From IMG/VR virus record IMGVR_UViG_3300028591_000128, positions 1-64,000 of that record: a stretch of 64,000 bases of DNA; one strand, 5' to 3'. The notes beneath the pieces were generated by a model that did no database searches, was not told where the DNA came from, and was given only the letters and a program-made list of their open reading frames with translations. Origin of the DNA: a virus (taxonomy: Duplodnaviria > Caudoviricetes). How positions within the stretch are numbered: position 1 is the stretch's first letter; each line of letters opens with the position of its first letter. This document shows, piece after piece, positions 1 to 9,728 of this stretch. Made by a program: the position numbers and the translations under genes.

Positions 1-112
1 GAGGCATAAGAGGAAGTAAATCGTAATCATCCGGCATATCTGCTACAAATGTCCAACTGAACCCACTTTCTACACCTGGAAGATCCTTAATAGCCGTTAA
101 TTTGTAATACAT
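1..112 (-). CDS. Hypothetical protein, partial (runs off left edge)
   Basis: ATG at 112 downstream of GTGAGG RBS; frame open to position 1 (MYYKLTAIKDLPG...). Confidence 0.55.
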   Translation of the reverse strand, partial: MYYKLTAIKDLPGVESGFSWTFVADMPDDYDLLPLMP

Positions 113-148
113 AATTATACATCCTCACTTTCTGCTTTGTATGGTTCA

Positions 149-367
149 TTACTCCGGGTCTTTCTTCTCCCACTCATCTTCGTGTTTGTAAAAGTCATTC
201 CAAGCCTGCTTTACACATTTATTAGCATCAATCAGCCTGCCGCAATCTTTAGGAATTGGTGTACCATTAGCTACACAATTCAAGATCACTTTTGCTGCAA
301 TACTACCATTGTTTATGGATTTATACTTAGTTTCATACCCATCCGGTATATCAATTACTAATCTCAT
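149..367 (-). CDS. Hypothetical phage protein (possibly truncated)
   Basis: ORF track; GGAG RBS; ends just before a PYKAESE-coding remnant. Confidence 0.55.
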   Translation of the reverse strand: MRLVIDIPDGYETKYKSINNGSIAAKVILNCVANGTPIPKDCGRLIDANKCVKQAWNDFYKHEDEWEKKDPE

Positions 368-725
368 TTCTGTTCTCCCCTATAAATATACTTGCCTCAA
401 TTACATCGTCATATGATGTAAATTTAATCATCGGTCTTATGTGATGCGATAGTTCCATTGCAAGATCCTGTTTGTAATATTCAATGGTAATGTCATCCTT
501 CGGAAGCGTAGATAAAATCTTCCGTTTGCTTCTAAACTCTTGAAAGTGCATAGTTGTATGAACAACATTCCGGATCGGTGAGTTAAAGTCATCGTACAGC
601 CTCTTCATCTTCTCCGAATCATTTATAATTTTATGCATCAATTCGTTATCACGTTTCAGTTTCTTCAATTTCTGCCGGTTGTTCATAATCTTCCCCCTCT
701 GTAAACATACAAAATAGACTATCAC
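351..725 (-). CDS. Hypothetical phage protein (true start probably MNNRQ)
   Basis: ORF track; tightly packed operon. Confidence 0.6.
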   Translation of the reverse strand: MIVYFVCLQRGKIMNNRQKLKKLKRDNELMHKIINDSEKMKRLYDDFNSPIRNVVHTTMHFQEFRSKRKILSTLPKDDITIEYYKQDLAMELSHHIRPMIKFTSYDDVIEASIFIGENRNEISN

Positions 726-894
726 TTACTATATCCCATGGCTCCATATTCAGATTGGATAGTATACTGAACCAATGTCTGTTACAGTTCGCTCTACTGC
801 TATTAGCACCTGCATCACATGGATATGGACAGGATTCACATGGCATAACCGCAGTTATAGAATTTATAATCTTTGCTATATCTGTTTTCATCAT
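649..894 (-). CDS. Hypothetical Cys-rich phage protein
   Basis: ORF track; CxxCxxxC motif. Confidence 0.55.
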   Translation of the reverse strand: MMKTDIAKIINSITAVMPCESCPYPCDAGANSSRANCNRHWFSILSNLNMEPWDIVSDSLFCMFTEGEDYEQPAEIEETET

Positions 895-1232
895 ATCTCT
901 CCAAGATCCATGTCCTTTACTACATCAAGTGTCTTTTCATAGTTTTTAATCCGATCATCAATATCCTGCTGTGTTATATCATGTGTAAAACCTTTTCTCA
1001 ATAAATTTTCAAGTACAGACATATCAATGCTGTCAGAGATATGTACATCTTCAAACATGATCCCTGCATCCTTGGCTAAAATCATCCTATCCATTACAGT
1101 ATGTAGTTTCAATAACTTTTCCAAAGCACATAGACAGGAAGCATTAAGTTCCCACCGTTTATTTGACATACACATATCTTCAATATCCTCATGTATATTA
1201 TGTACAAGATCACATAACTTTTGATTCATCAC
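891..1232 (-). CDS. Hypothetical phage protein
   Basis: ORF track; start/stop overlap with neighbours. Confidence 0.6.
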   Translation of the reverse strand: MMNQKLCDLVHNIHEDIEDMCMSNKRWELNASCLCALEKLLKLHTVMDRMILAKDAGIMFEDVHISDSIDMSVLENLLRKGFTHDITQQDIDDRIKNYEKTLDVVKDMDLGEI

Positions 1233-1555
1233 TTCGCATCTCCTTTCTGATCTCCATCATCATTAGCCCCACCTTTCATATAACCATTTTCCTCATTATC
1301 CAACTTATACCTTAACTCCAAGTATTTCCGTTTCCAACGCTTTGCTTTCTTCCTGGCTTTGTGAAGTTGTTTCATAAGTTTGTCTGTATTATCAGCAGTA
1401 TCATTGAGTAAATTACGATTTACTCCAAAAATCATTCCATCACTACTGATGTAACCAACATCATATACATTATCATTAACAAAGAATTTTATTTCGGTAT
1501 CTGAGGAAATGTCATCAATTTTTTCTAAATATTCAATCAAAACTTTGGATTTCAT
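1229..1555 (-). CDS. Hypothetical phage protein
   Basis: ORF track; GGAGG RBS. Confidence 0.65.
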   Translation of the reverse strand: MKSKVLIEYLEKIDDISSDTEIKFFVNDNVYDVGYISSDGMIFGVNRNLLNDTADNTDKLMKQLHKARKKAKRWKRKYLELRYKLDNEENGYMKGGANDDGDQKGDAK

Positions 1556-1558
1556 AAG

Positions 1559-1807
1559 CTACCTCCAGCTGATTTTCGTATAATCTCGGTCAATAAAACG
1601 CTCATAAGAATAATGATTATCCTTTAACCATTGTTCAGTAATGTCATATAAAGAGGCCGCATACCTGTCATAGATACAACAACTGTTACCGTGTTTTACA
1701 CTATATTTAATCAAGCGTTTTACTTCTTTTAATTCTGCTTTAGCTTTCTTTTTCTTCCATTTTTCATCGTTTGTAATACTAAGCATTTTTGCTCTCGCCG
1801 CATCCAT
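1559..1807 (-). CDS. Hypothetical phage protein
   Basis: ORF track; GGAGG RBS. Confidence 0.65.
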   Translation of the reverse strand: MDAARAKMLSITNDEKWKKKKAKAELKEVKRLIKYSVKHGNSCCIYDRYAASLYDITEQWLKDNHYSYERFIDRDYTKISWR

Positions 1808-1838
1808 CTTTAATCAACCTCCAATCAAACTTAGTTCC

Positions 1839-2387
1839 TTATCTACTATGAAAATACGGGAACTGAATCCACACATCATTTCGTCCGTTATTGTATTCTT
1901 CCACATTAACTATAATGTCATCACCTGAATGCTGCATATGTACTTTTTCATATTTCTCTTTCAATGCTTTTCCGACAAATTCCCTTAATTCATCTACATT
2001 TTTAGGTATCGGCTTTTTAGGTTCTTCTTTTTCTTTATCTTCGAAAAACTTCTTAATATCAAACCACTTATTCTTCGTAATATGACCTATACATTTAACA
2101 GTGCTACCAAGTCCCGCATCCCGAACTCTAACGTATTTTCCAACTAATCCTTCCCATGTATCAGATTCTAATGTATCCATGATCCGCATGATGCACTCCA
2201 TGCCAGATGCAGAACCTTTGAATTCATCTGCGCCAACATAACCATGTCCCAGCACATAACCACCAAAGTTACAGCCAATTCCGCTACCATCAATTGCAAT
2301 GTTGAACATTAGGCATCCGTAATCTGCCATTGACAATGATACGTTTGTTATTTTACCATTCCATGTTTTGAAATCTAAATCTTTCAT
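1839..2387 (-). CDS. Hypothetical phage protein
   Basis: 182-aa ORF with AGGAGG RBS. Confidence 0.7.
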   Translation of the reverse strand: MKDLDFKTWNGKITNVSLSMADYGCLMFNIAIDGSGIGCNFGGYVLGHGYVGADEFKGSASGMECIMRIMDTLESDTWEGLVGKYVRVRDAGLGSTVKCIGHITKNKWFDIKKFFEDKEKEEPKKPIPKNVDELREFVGKALKEKYEKVHMQHSGDDIIVNVEEYNNGRNDVWIQFPYFHSR

Positions 2388-2417
2388 TTGTATACCTCCT
2401 AATCAAACAATTTACAA

Positions 2418-2924
2418 TTACAATCCTGTTTGCGCACCAATCCAGTTTATGTTGCCTATACCAAATAATTCCAAAGAACTGTCTATATATTTATCACCTT
2501 TATTCCATCCGTAAGGTGTATTGGGTTCAAAATCCTCATCATATGTATATTCACGATCAAATTGAATCATCTGAACTTTTCCTTTGAAGCCCTTGATCAC
2601 AGTTGCACACCACGGATGTTCATTAACAAATTTTTCCGCTTCCGGATTTACTTTAAGAAGTTGATTATAGTTTGCAACAATGACCATTCCACTATCGGCG
2701 CAGAACTCACCGATTACACTAGATTCAACACAGTCCTTATAATCAGATGCTTTCCACACATGACAAGACCAATCTCCATACAAGGTATCATTTATGATAG
2801 AATCTACATCGATAAAAGAATAATCACCATTCCTAATGTAACAAGGATCCGTTATGATGATGTCGCAATTAAAATTCATTTCTTTTATAACTTTTTTCGC
2901 TAGTAAGTTCTCTGATGCTTCCAT
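2418..2924 (-). CDS. Hypothetical phage protein (ITDPCY...GDW...FCADSG motifs)
   Basis: Start reassigned to MEASEN after AAAAGGAGG; sigmaA-like promoter upstream. Confidence 0.7.
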   Translation of the reverse strand: MEASENLLAKKVIKEMNFNCDIIITDPCYIRNGDYSFIDVDSIINDTLYGDWSCHVWKASDYKDCVESSVIGEFCADSGMVIVANYNQLLKVNPEAEKFVNEHPWCATVIKGFKGKVQMIQFDREYTYDEDFEPNTPYGWNKGDKYIDSSLELFGIGNINWIGAQTGL

Positions 2925-2968
2925 AATGTATCCTCCTTTTGGATTATCGATAACAGTTCTATGATTTG

Positions 2969-2997
2969 ATATTATCACATATGTTGCCATATGTCAA
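2969..2997 (-). promoter_or_regulatory. sigmaA-type promoter
   Basis: TTGACA-17 bp-TAATAT on the minus strand. Confidence 0.55.
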
Positions 2998-3076
2998 TAT
3001 ACTTATGATAAATTTATTAAGAAAATTATCTTATTGAATGAATTGTTCGCTTTGAATATTATAACGATTTTCAACT

Positions 3077-3107
3077 AAAAAATGCAAGACTTTCGCCTTG
3101 CATTTTT
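3077..3107. terminator. Intrinsic terminator (bidirectional shape)
   Basis: A6-TGCAAG...CTTGCA-T5. Confidence 0.6.
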
Positions 3108-3176
3108 ATTATATGCTATAGTTCGTGTGGTTGTTCAAATAGACCCATTATCAATCCTCCCCATCATTCATGCGAA

Positions 3177-3389
3177 TTATCTACTTATTAGAATTTCTCG
3201 TACAGTTAATCCATAATCACTAAATAAATTGTGATACACTGGGCAATTATGCGCTTGATGAAAGAATCCGTCTGTACTATATGATAATATCTTTTCTTCG
3301 AACCAATGATACTCACCATAATCTGGATCATACATCAAAACTTCTACATATTTACCTATGATACACCAATCCGGAACATTTATAACCAT
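3177..3389 (-). CDS. Hypothetical phage protein
   Basis: ORF track. Confidence 0.6.
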   Translation of the reverse strand: MVINVPDWCIIGKYVEVLMYDPDYGEYHWFEEKILSYSTDGFFHQAHNCPVYHNLFSDYGLTVREILISR

Positions 3390-3390
3390 A

Positions 3391-3726
3391 TTACACTTCT
3401 TTCATCTTTGCCCCACAGTTACCGCAGTAATCATCATAACAGTTACCGCTTCCGCACCTGCTACAAGAGATATTACCATCTTCGTCACATAATCTACGTG
3501 CAACACTCCGCTCAGCATAACAATCAAGTGCATCCTTCATACCTTTATGATATGCTATATCAAGTGCGGCTGTCTGACTTGTTGCAGTAGTCCATTCCTT
3601 TGTAATATCCACCCCATACTTCTCATAGTTCTTTGCATATAAATAAGCAACCCCAAGAACCATAGGTGACATTTTGGATAATTCATGTAGTATAGCATGG
3701 ACACTTTCTTCATCAATCATGTACAT
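3391..3726 (-). CDS. Zinc-ribbon-containing phage protein
   Basis: Start reassigned to MYMIDE (GGAGG RBS); C-terminal CSRCG...YCGNCGAKM. Confidence 0.65.
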   Translation of the reverse strand: MYMIDEESVHAILHELSKMSPMVLGVAYLYAKNYEKYGVDITKEWTTATSQTAALDIAYHKGMKDALDCYAERSVARRLCDEDGNISCSRCGSGNCYDDYCGNCGAKMKEV

Positions 3727-4105
3727 CCTGCACCTCCATCTTTGCTCCACAGTTATTACAATACTTAGTCGGATAGCCTGACGGATTACCACATAAGGAA
3801 CATCTGTACTCTCCATTCTCACTATCTCTCTGATAATAGATCCACTTCCCTGCTCTTGGATTTGGGTACACAGATGGAAGTCTTGACAGATACTTCGCAA
3901 TATCATCATAGGACATGGCAAGATCATCCTGCTGTACCATATCGAATTGACGCTCAGCTTCTTCCCGGCTGATACAGTCACTACAATATTCTATCGGTGT
4001 ACCGTGTGCTATTACAGATTCAGCCATACGCATTGCGTAATTATTCTTTGATTTCATAACATAGTAATCATATTCAGATCTAAGTATATCAATCATCAGT
4101 TTCAT
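3713..4105 (-). CDS. Zinc-ribbon-containing phage protein
   Basis: C-terminal CSLCG...YCNNCGAKM, same tail as downstream gene. Confidence 0.7.
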   Translation of the reverse strand: MKLMIDILRSEYDYYVMKSKNNYAMRMAESVIAHGTPIEYCSDCISREEAERQFDMVQQDDLAMSYDDIAKYLSRLPSVYPNPRAGKWIYYQRDSENGEYRCSLCGNPSGYPTKYCNNCGAKMEVQDVHD

Positions 4106-4337
4106 TTTTATTCACCATCACCCTATCTTCAGATTCAACCCAAACATCCAAGCAATCATCATATTCCTTACGATACTCCGATGGGATATGAAATGGATTA
4201 AGTGCAAATACCTTTCGATTGAGATACTTATATGGAATCTCATAACATTTACCTTCCCACGACGCAATATCTTCAGGATCATTTATACGAACTTTTAAAT
4301 TAGTATTCATCAACCCACGCAATTTCTTTACTTTCAT
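4089..4337 (-). CDS. Hypothetical phage protein
   Basis: ORF track; overlapping start/stop. Confidence 0.6.
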   Translation of the reverse strand: MKVKKLRGLMNTNLKVRINDPEDIASWEGKCYEIPYKYLNRKVFALNPFHIPSEYRKEYDDCLDVWVESEDRVMVNKNETDD

Positions 4338-5062
4338 ACAGCCGTTCCTTTCTGCTTTCCACGGAAGGAAGTCTTAGTATCAAATCCATGCATTTCAATC
4401 TTATCGTTGTTTGTTGCACCGATAGGATCAATTCTTTCAGATTCTGTCTTAAGTAATGAAAAGTGCTCTTCAATTGCAGTAAATATTGAAACAGGGTCGA
4501 TAATTTCTGCAATTCCACAAGCTGTCAAGATTGGAATTGTTCTGACTTCACGAATCCATGTATTCTTATAGTCCTTATTAACTTCGTGACCATTCAGGTT
4601 TTGTGTGGTTGAAAGATTATTCGACTGTATAGCTGCAACCATCCTAGGTACATTCGACTTGATGAACTCGTAGTAAGTCTCTTTCTTTTTCTGTCGAATA
4701 AGAGTGTCATACATGAACGAAATTTCGGTAAGTTTAAGTACTTCTCTAGATTTACTGTAGTCCTTCCATGTGGACAACAGTTCCATCTTATAATCTGATG
4801 GCCTTCCGTAGTTGTTATATTGTACATCGTACAGAAGTATTAGCCAGAAAGTAGCCCCACACTGAAGTAGCACATACTTGTATCTGTGTTTCTCATGTAT
4901 GCTCGTGTCCTTGGTATAGATTGTATTGTACCATGCAGGTTCAAGAACTTCACAAAGTTGTGCCTTCGTCAACAGATATGATCCTCTCCGGTCAAACACG
5001 ATAGTGTCCTCGGAATTTTGTAAGTAATCATAGTAATCTGTGTTCTTATCAATTATTCGCAT
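4334..5062 (-). CDS. Hypothetical phage protein (MRIID..DYYD / HGFD.KTSFR)
   Basis: Start reassigned to MRIIDK after GGAGG. Confidence 0.7.
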   Translation of the reverse strand: MRIIDKNTDYYDYLQNSEDTIVFDRRGSYLLTKAQLCEVLEPAWYNTIYTKDTSIHEKHRYKYVLLQCGATFWLILLYDVQYNNYGRPSDYKMELLSTWKDYSKSREVLKLTEISFMYDTLIRQKKKETYYEFIKSNVPRMVAAIQSNNLSTTQNLNGHEVNKDYKNTWIREVRTIPILTACGIAEIIDPVSIFTAIEEHFSLLKTESERIDPIGATNNDKIEMHGFDTKTSFRGKQKGTAV

Positions 5063-5345
5063 ATATGTTCCTCCATATTCTAATCTCAGACGGGGTAACA
5101 GTGGTATTAAACAATTTTTCAAATTGAGCAACCGTCATGTCTTCCTTTGCATCATCAAGATCAACTTCTTCCGAATCAAAATCCACGGATGTAATGTTTG
5201 GAATCCACTTACCGTCACGTTTGTTTGATTCTTCAATGGCTAAACGATCCTGTTCCATTTCATCCTTTGTATGGTAAAAATGAGTTTCAACCTCTTCGTA
5301 TTCATACTCAATGAATTTTGTAACAGTCAGTTTATAAATGTTCAT
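5049..5345 (-). CDS. Hypothetical acidic phage protein
   Basis: ORF track; AAGGAGG RBS. Confidence 0.65.
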   Translation of the reverse strand: MNIYKLTVTKFIEYEYEEVETHFYHTKDEMEQDRLAIEESNKRDGKWIPNITSVDFDSEEVDLDDAKEDMTVAQFEKLFNTTVTPSEIRIWRNIYANN

Positions 5346-5389
5346 ATCCGAATACCTCCTTACTCAATCAAAATGTGATTTTATGGTAT

Positions 5390-5623
5390 TTAATTTTCAG
5401 AAGAAAACATAATATTCTTTATATTGTCATCCTTCATTTCAAGAATTGCATACCATAATTGATCAGGTATTTTATTATCTTCTTTCAACTTCTTTGCAAT
5501 GCTGTAAACTTTTGTAATTGAATTGATGTCGTCATTCAATAAAATATTATCCAATTCATTCATACTGCAACCTCCATTGATAATTGATAACGCTTTTATG
5601 AGTTTATGCAATACCATATTCAC
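5390..5623 (-). CDS. Hypothetical protein (true start probably MNELDN)
   Basis: ORF track; GGAGG before internal Met. Confidence 0.5.
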   Translation of the reverse strand: MNMVLHKLIKALSIINGGCSMNELDNILLNDDINSITKVYSIAKKLKEDNKIPDQLWYAILEMKDDNIKNIMFSSEN

Positions 5624-5632
5624 AAACGCTTC

Positions 5633-5860
5633 TTATTTTGAAACCACAACTCCTGCGCTTTGGAGTTCTGCAAACAATTTTGACGGCTGTGCGTAGTAAT
5701 CTGTTCCAAAATCCCCATTTGGACAATAAACACATGATTGAACAGTTTTTGCACCGATTTTTGGCATATTACCATACGATTCGCTTTTCAATTCTTCTCC
5801 ACATATTGGACATTTCAACATTCTATTTCCCCACTTTCTGCCTGTTGTGCGTTCCACCAA
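5633..5860 (-). CDS. Small Zn-finger protein (true start probably MLKCPICG)
   Basis: CPIC...CVYC motif. Confidence 0.55.
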   Translation of the reverse strand: MVERTTGRKWGNRMLKCPICGEELKSESYGNMPKIGAKTVQSCVYCPNGDFGTDYYAQPSKLFAELQSAGVVVSK

Positions 5861-6033
5861 TTTTCAAGTTCTGTATAACATGATTCACACAGATCTTTGT
5901 GTTCATCAAGATATGGATCGCCATCATCATATACAAATTCTGCAACGCCCAACAATTCAGGCTTTTCATTTTTATAATTCCACTTTTCAAATTCCTTTCC
6001 ACATCTATCACAATACATAACAACTTTACGCAT
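5815..6033 (-). CDS. Small Zn-finger phage protein
   Basis: CDRCG...DLCESC motif. Confidence 0.65.
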   Translation of the reverse strand: MRKVVMYCDRCGKEFEKWNYKNEKPELLGVAEFVYDDGDPYLDEHKDLCESCYTELENWWNAQQAESGEIEC

Positions 6034-6036
6034 AAT

Positions 6037-6195
6037 CTATTCCTCACTTTCTTGTTTCATATATTGAACAACTTTTTCAAAAAACCATTTGCTATCAACA
6101 CATATTTTATCAGCTTCATATGCAATCTCGTAATATAGCATTTCAGCCAAATCTTTTGCTTTTTGTTCCGCTTCTACTATCCATTGTTCTTTCAT
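6037..6195 (-). CDS. Hypothetical 52-aa protein (not in ORF track)
   Basis: Translated by hand: MKEQWIVEAEQ...QESEE. Confidence 0.5.
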   Translation of the reverse strand: MKEQWIVEAEQKAKDLAEMLYYEIAYEADKICVDSKWFFEKVVQYMKQESEE

Positions 6196-6388
6196 CCATC
6201 TTTCTCACTTTCTGCTTTGTATGGCTCAGATAGCGCAGTTATCTGATTATTTGATATATATCGGGAATATCAAATGATATAGCAGTTTCTTATGTGTTGC
6301 ATACATCCTTACCAAAAACCAATGTTTAGATATTCGCTTGTAGATAAATCCACAATCAGTTAATCTCTTGATTCGTGTTTCTCTTTCA

Positions 6389-6628
6389 TCATTCATAAAT
6401 TACTCCTATTCCATAGAACAACACTTCTAAAATTATAGAAATATATACACCTGGAATGATTATTTTGTAATATATAAATTCAAATATGGGACTGTTCCAT
6501 GTTTCTTTCCCGTCAACATTGGATGTGTTTCTACATTTAATAATGTACCCAATCCAATAGAAAGTAAGTGCAAATCCGAATAGAATATAGCAAATTGTGT
6601 CCATGTTCTTCAATACCTCTGGTTTCAT
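6389..6628 (-). CDS. Small membrane protein
   Basis: Two hydrophobic segments. Confidence 0.55.
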   Translation of the reverse strand: MKPEVLKNMDTICYILFGFALTFYWIGYIIKCRNTSNVDGKETWNSPIFEFIYYKIIIPGVYISIILEVLFYGIGVIYE

Positions 6629-6649
6629 CCTACTTCATTTCGTTCATAA

Positions 6650-7051
6650 CTATTCACTCTCCGAGTTTTCATAAGTCCAATTTACTGTTCCGTAGTATGC
6701 ATTCATTACAGTTATAACCGCCTGCCGTACAGGAAGTGGATCAACTTTCTGCTTAAACCATTCAATGATTGCATTCGGATCATCATGATCACGAAGATCC
6801 CCAAAAATTGACACAGTATAGGAAGCTATACTACCAATATCCGGATTCTCCCATACTGACTTATGCAAAGTTCCCTCACTTCCAGAGGGAAGAAAATGAT
6901 CTGGATGTTCCTCATACTCATCCCAAACTTCCTTTGGTGCTCCCCAAAGACGTTCCTTACCAAAGATTTTATCAAAATCCATATGATCTGTATCGGAAAA
7001 CCGAATGCAATCAATTCTCACGATTGCAGCAACATGGGTCCAATTACTCAT
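6650..7051 (-). CDS. Hypothetical phage protein (MSNWTHV...GSEG...GDLRD)
   Basis: ORF track; GAGG RBS. Confidence 0.7.
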   Translation of the reverse strand: MSNWTHVAAIVRIDCIRFSDTDHMDFDKIFGKERLWGAPKEVWDEYEEHPDHFLPSGSEGTLHKSVWENPDIGSIASYTVSIFGDLRDHDDPNAIIEWFKQKVDPLPVRQAVITVMNAYYGTVNWTYENSESE

Positions 7052-7277
7052 GAATTGTTACCTCACCTTCTGTAGTAGTTAAATCATTAATCATCTTAAT
7101 GAATTGTGTCTTTACATAAGACAGTGTACATTCATTTATCTCTCTACCTGGAGACCCTTCAGGCCAACTATTAATGTTTTCTTCATAGAATTTACGCTCA
7201 TAATTATCAAGCCACTTACGTATATCCGATATCTTAATTGTTTTTACTTTCATTAAAATCACCTGCCTATAATACAT
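7044..7277 (-). CDS. Hypothetical phage protein
   Basis: ORF track. Confidence 0.55.
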   Translation of the reverse strand: MYYRQVILMKVKTIKISDIRKWLDNYERKFYEENINSWPEGSPGREINECTLSYVKTQFIKMINDLTTTEGEVTIHE

Positions 7278-7316
7278 CAGATAAGTTTAGCTTTCGGTAT
7301 CTGGAACATCTGATGT

Positions 7317-7694
7317 TCAGTCCTTTTCATTTTTCAATATATCAATAATCGCTTTTGCCTGATCTACCGTAAGATCGGACTTGCTACATTTGCGCATCAT
7401 ATCTATTGCTTTAGATATAATTTTTGCTGCAATGATTCTTTCATATTCTTCTTCTGAATATGGTCTAATACAGGATCGTTGCCAAATATCTGCACCACGT
7501 GCATTTCCGTCTTTATTCCATAAAATCTTATATGTTTTATCTGTTGCAAAATTACCGGCAGGAGTCACTTTTGTTACAGTTGCAACTATACCAAAACCCA
7601 AATTTGGATAATAAAGCACCCTATCTCCTACTTTAATGTTATCAAATGTTGCCATAGTTATTACCTCCATTATATAGTCATCATCAAGTATCAT
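7317..7694 (-). CDS. Hypothetical phage protein (true start probably MATFDN)
   Basis: GGAGG RBS; sigmaA-like promoter (TTGACA-17-TACTAT) at ~7735-7763. Confidence 0.65.
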   Translation of the reverse strand: MILDDDYIMEVITMATFDNIKVGDRVLYYPNLGFGIVATVTKVTPAGNFATDKTYKILWNKDGNARGADIWQRSCIRPYSEEEYERIIAAKIISKAIDMMRKCSKSDLTVDQAKAIIDILKNEKD

Positions 7695-7811
7695 CCAATA
7701 TTATGTACTATGTGTATGTGGTTTCTATATAAGTATAGTATCATATTAAGAACAATATGTCAACATATTTAAGATAAATTTTTTAATAATTTTATCATAC
7801 TATGTAGGTAG

Positions 7812-8090
7812 TCAAATTTCGTCTTTCGTATATTCTTCAGATAGATATCCACCGCAATCTATGACAACCTGTAGCAGAAAATGCTTTGCATTCATTCGGA
7901 GTTCTTTACCTTCTGTAGTAGTTTCCAAGCAGGATTCATATGGCTTATCATACATTATGCTTGCAACTAAACTATACAGATCATGTTCATCCAGGTATCC
8001 TGGTGTATTAAATTTGCTTACAATCTCTTCAAATCTTTCAGTAATGGTATCAATTAGTTTCTGATTATATTTCATAAGACAATCCTCCAT
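7812..8090 (-). CDS. Hypothetical phage protein
   Basis: ORF track; preceded by AATCGTTATA motif. Confidence 0.6.
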   Translation of the reverse strand: MEDCLMKYNQKLIDTITERFEEIVSKFNTPGYLDEHDLYSLVASIMYDKPYESCLETTTEGKELRMNAKHFLLQVVIDCGGYLSEEYTKDEI

Positions 8091-8125
8091 TACATATTTG
8101 CATATTATAACGATTTTGACAAAGG

Positions 8126-8152
8126 AAAAGCAGATGCCATTGCATCTGCTTT
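8126..8152. terminator. Intrinsic terminator
   Basis: AAAA-GCAGATGC-catt-GCATCTGC-TTT. Confidence 0.65.
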
Positions 8153-8316
8153 AATTCTAATATCACCACTCTATCCAAACAAATTCTTGCGTAAATGTGT
8201 TTCCAGTGAGATCAGGATATGTAAATGTTTCCACTTTGTATCCAAGTTTCATAAGTATATCACGCACTTCCACACGAACAATCATTGGGATTGTTACGTA
8301 GCGTTGACCTATATAC

Positions 8317-8592
8317 TCATCCACCAAATGGTTCGTAATTTTCTTTTACAAAGCCTAACTTATGCTTACCATCAGAATTACGGAAGATACGCATGTTCAT
8401 GCCCTTAATACGGGCAACAAGTGCATCATACTTTTGCTTCTCAGCAGGATCGGTTTTGCTCAATCTATAGTGTTTGTCAAGATCCTCGACAAGACCACTC
8501 TCCAATCCTGTCATAAATGCATTGAAATTCCTCTTCTGTTTTGCTTCCTGCGCCTGCTTAAACATACCATATAAATCTTCATACTTATTCAC
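8317..8592 (-). CDS. Hypothetical phage protein
   Basis: GTG start with AGGAGG RBS. Confidence 0.6.
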   Translation of the reverse strand: MNKYEDLYGMFKQAQEAKQKRNFNAFMTGLESGLVEDLDKHYRLSKTDPAEKQKYDALVARIKGMNMRIFRNSDGKHKLGFVKENYEPFGG

Positions 8593-8620
8593 AATACATG
8601 ACCTCCTGTAGAATATTTTC

Positions 8621-8860
8621 TTAGTGAACCAATTCCATACTTGCAGGTATTGTATCTACAATTAAAGTATCCTGTACATCAACAGTACACTCTATGCGTT
8701 CCGGATCGGCATAATGATTAACAGAACTAAACTCACCGGCAGTAAATTTCTCAACCACCATAGAAACAAAGTTATTCCAACATTCTTCGGAGTATACCAC
8801 ACCATTCTTCTTTGGTTTCATGAAATCAGATTTCAAAAACGTAACGGTTGCTTTTGCCAT
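8621..8860 (-). CDS. Hypothetical phage protein
   Basis: ORF track; AGGTG RBS. Confidence 0.6.
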   Translation of the reverse strand: MAKATVTFLKSDFMKPKKNGVVYSEECWNNFVSMVVEKFTAGEFSSVNHYADPERIECTVDVQDTLIVDTIPASMELVH

Positions 8861-8866
8861 AACAAA

Positions 8867-9088
8867 TCACCTATCTTTCTCTGAATCTGAATCTGAATTC
8901 TTCTCATAGAACCTAATCGCACCTAAAATATACTTAGATGCTGACATACCACTGTCTTTTGCACTTTTCATAACACTTGCTTTTGTACCCTTTGGTGCAG
9001 TAATTGTGATCCGGTCATAATGTTCCTTTGTATATTCACTTACGTATTTCAACGGATCAAATTTTTCTTTCTTATTTATATCTTCCAT
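8867..9088 (-). CDS. Putative ribbon-helix-helix/Arc-like DNA-binding protein
   Basis: YDRITITAPKGTK...SGMSASKYILGAI pattern typical of small RHH proteins. Confidence 0.6.
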   Translation of the reverse strand: MEDINKKEKFDPLKYVSEYTKEHYDRITITAPKGTKASVMKSAKDSGMSASKYILGAIRFYEKNSDSDSEKDR

Positions 9089-9092
9089 ATTA

Positions 9093-9728
9093 TTATCTAT
9101 TCCTCATTTCATTTAATTTTGCACGTATACGGTTACGGATTTGTCTTAGTTTCAGATCTACTCTATAAAATGCCCTATCCCAACTATCTTCTTCAACATT
9201 ACCTATAAGGACACTCTCTACCCTAAAATTGATATTTTCCGGCAGAATGGATTCATCTATTATCTTATCCAATCTCAGCTTTTCATAAATCTCTGCTTTC
9301 TTTTCATCTGGTACAGTTGCATCTAACCCATGATCGGATATTCTTACATCAAAGATAAGTACACCACATGGATCATCGTTCATTCCAAATACGAAAAAGT
9401 ATTCGGACTTCTTAGAATCATTACTACGATACCTGTCCAAAATCTTAAGACCACGGTTCTCTATCAAGAACTCACAATCATCGTAGAAACTTTTAAGTTC
9501 TTTCTCAAGATCCGAAGATAGAACCTCATCTACATCTGAAAGTGGACCATTGATAAGTCTGCTTGGATTTACATCCGTATGATATCGCTTACCATCAAAC
9601 GAAACGGATGCAGATATCTTAGATTCATCAGCAGTATCATCATAAATGAGTGGGTATAGATTTAATGTTACCCTTATGGTATTAACATCCGGGAAGTTGT
9701 AGGTATTACTTTTTATATATTTCTTCAT
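9093..9728 (-). CDS. MKKYIK-leader protein with RISDH motif
   Basis: N-terminus MKKYIKSN; own promoter TTGACA-17-TATACT at ~9749-9777. Confidence 0.7.
   Translation of the reverse strand: MKKYIKSNTYNFPDVNTIRVTLNLYPLIYDDTADESKISASVSFDGKRYHTDVNPSRLINGPLSDVDEVLSSDLEKELKSFYDDCEFLIENRGLKILDRYRSNDSKKSEYFFVFGMNDDPCGVLIFDVRISDHGLDATVPDEKKAEIYEKLRLDKIIDESILPENINFRVESVLIGNVEEDSWDRAFYRVDLKLRQIRNRIRAKLNEMRNR

Noticed and set aside
3829-3858. Partial match of array A spacer 30266-30295 to the phage's own zinc-ribbon gene (18 of 21 nt, 21 of 30 overall)
   Set aside because: Mismatches cluster at the predicted PAM-proximal seed end, and such a match is plausible by chance in AT-rich DNA. No convincing self-target was found by eye for any spacer; a proper search is needed.
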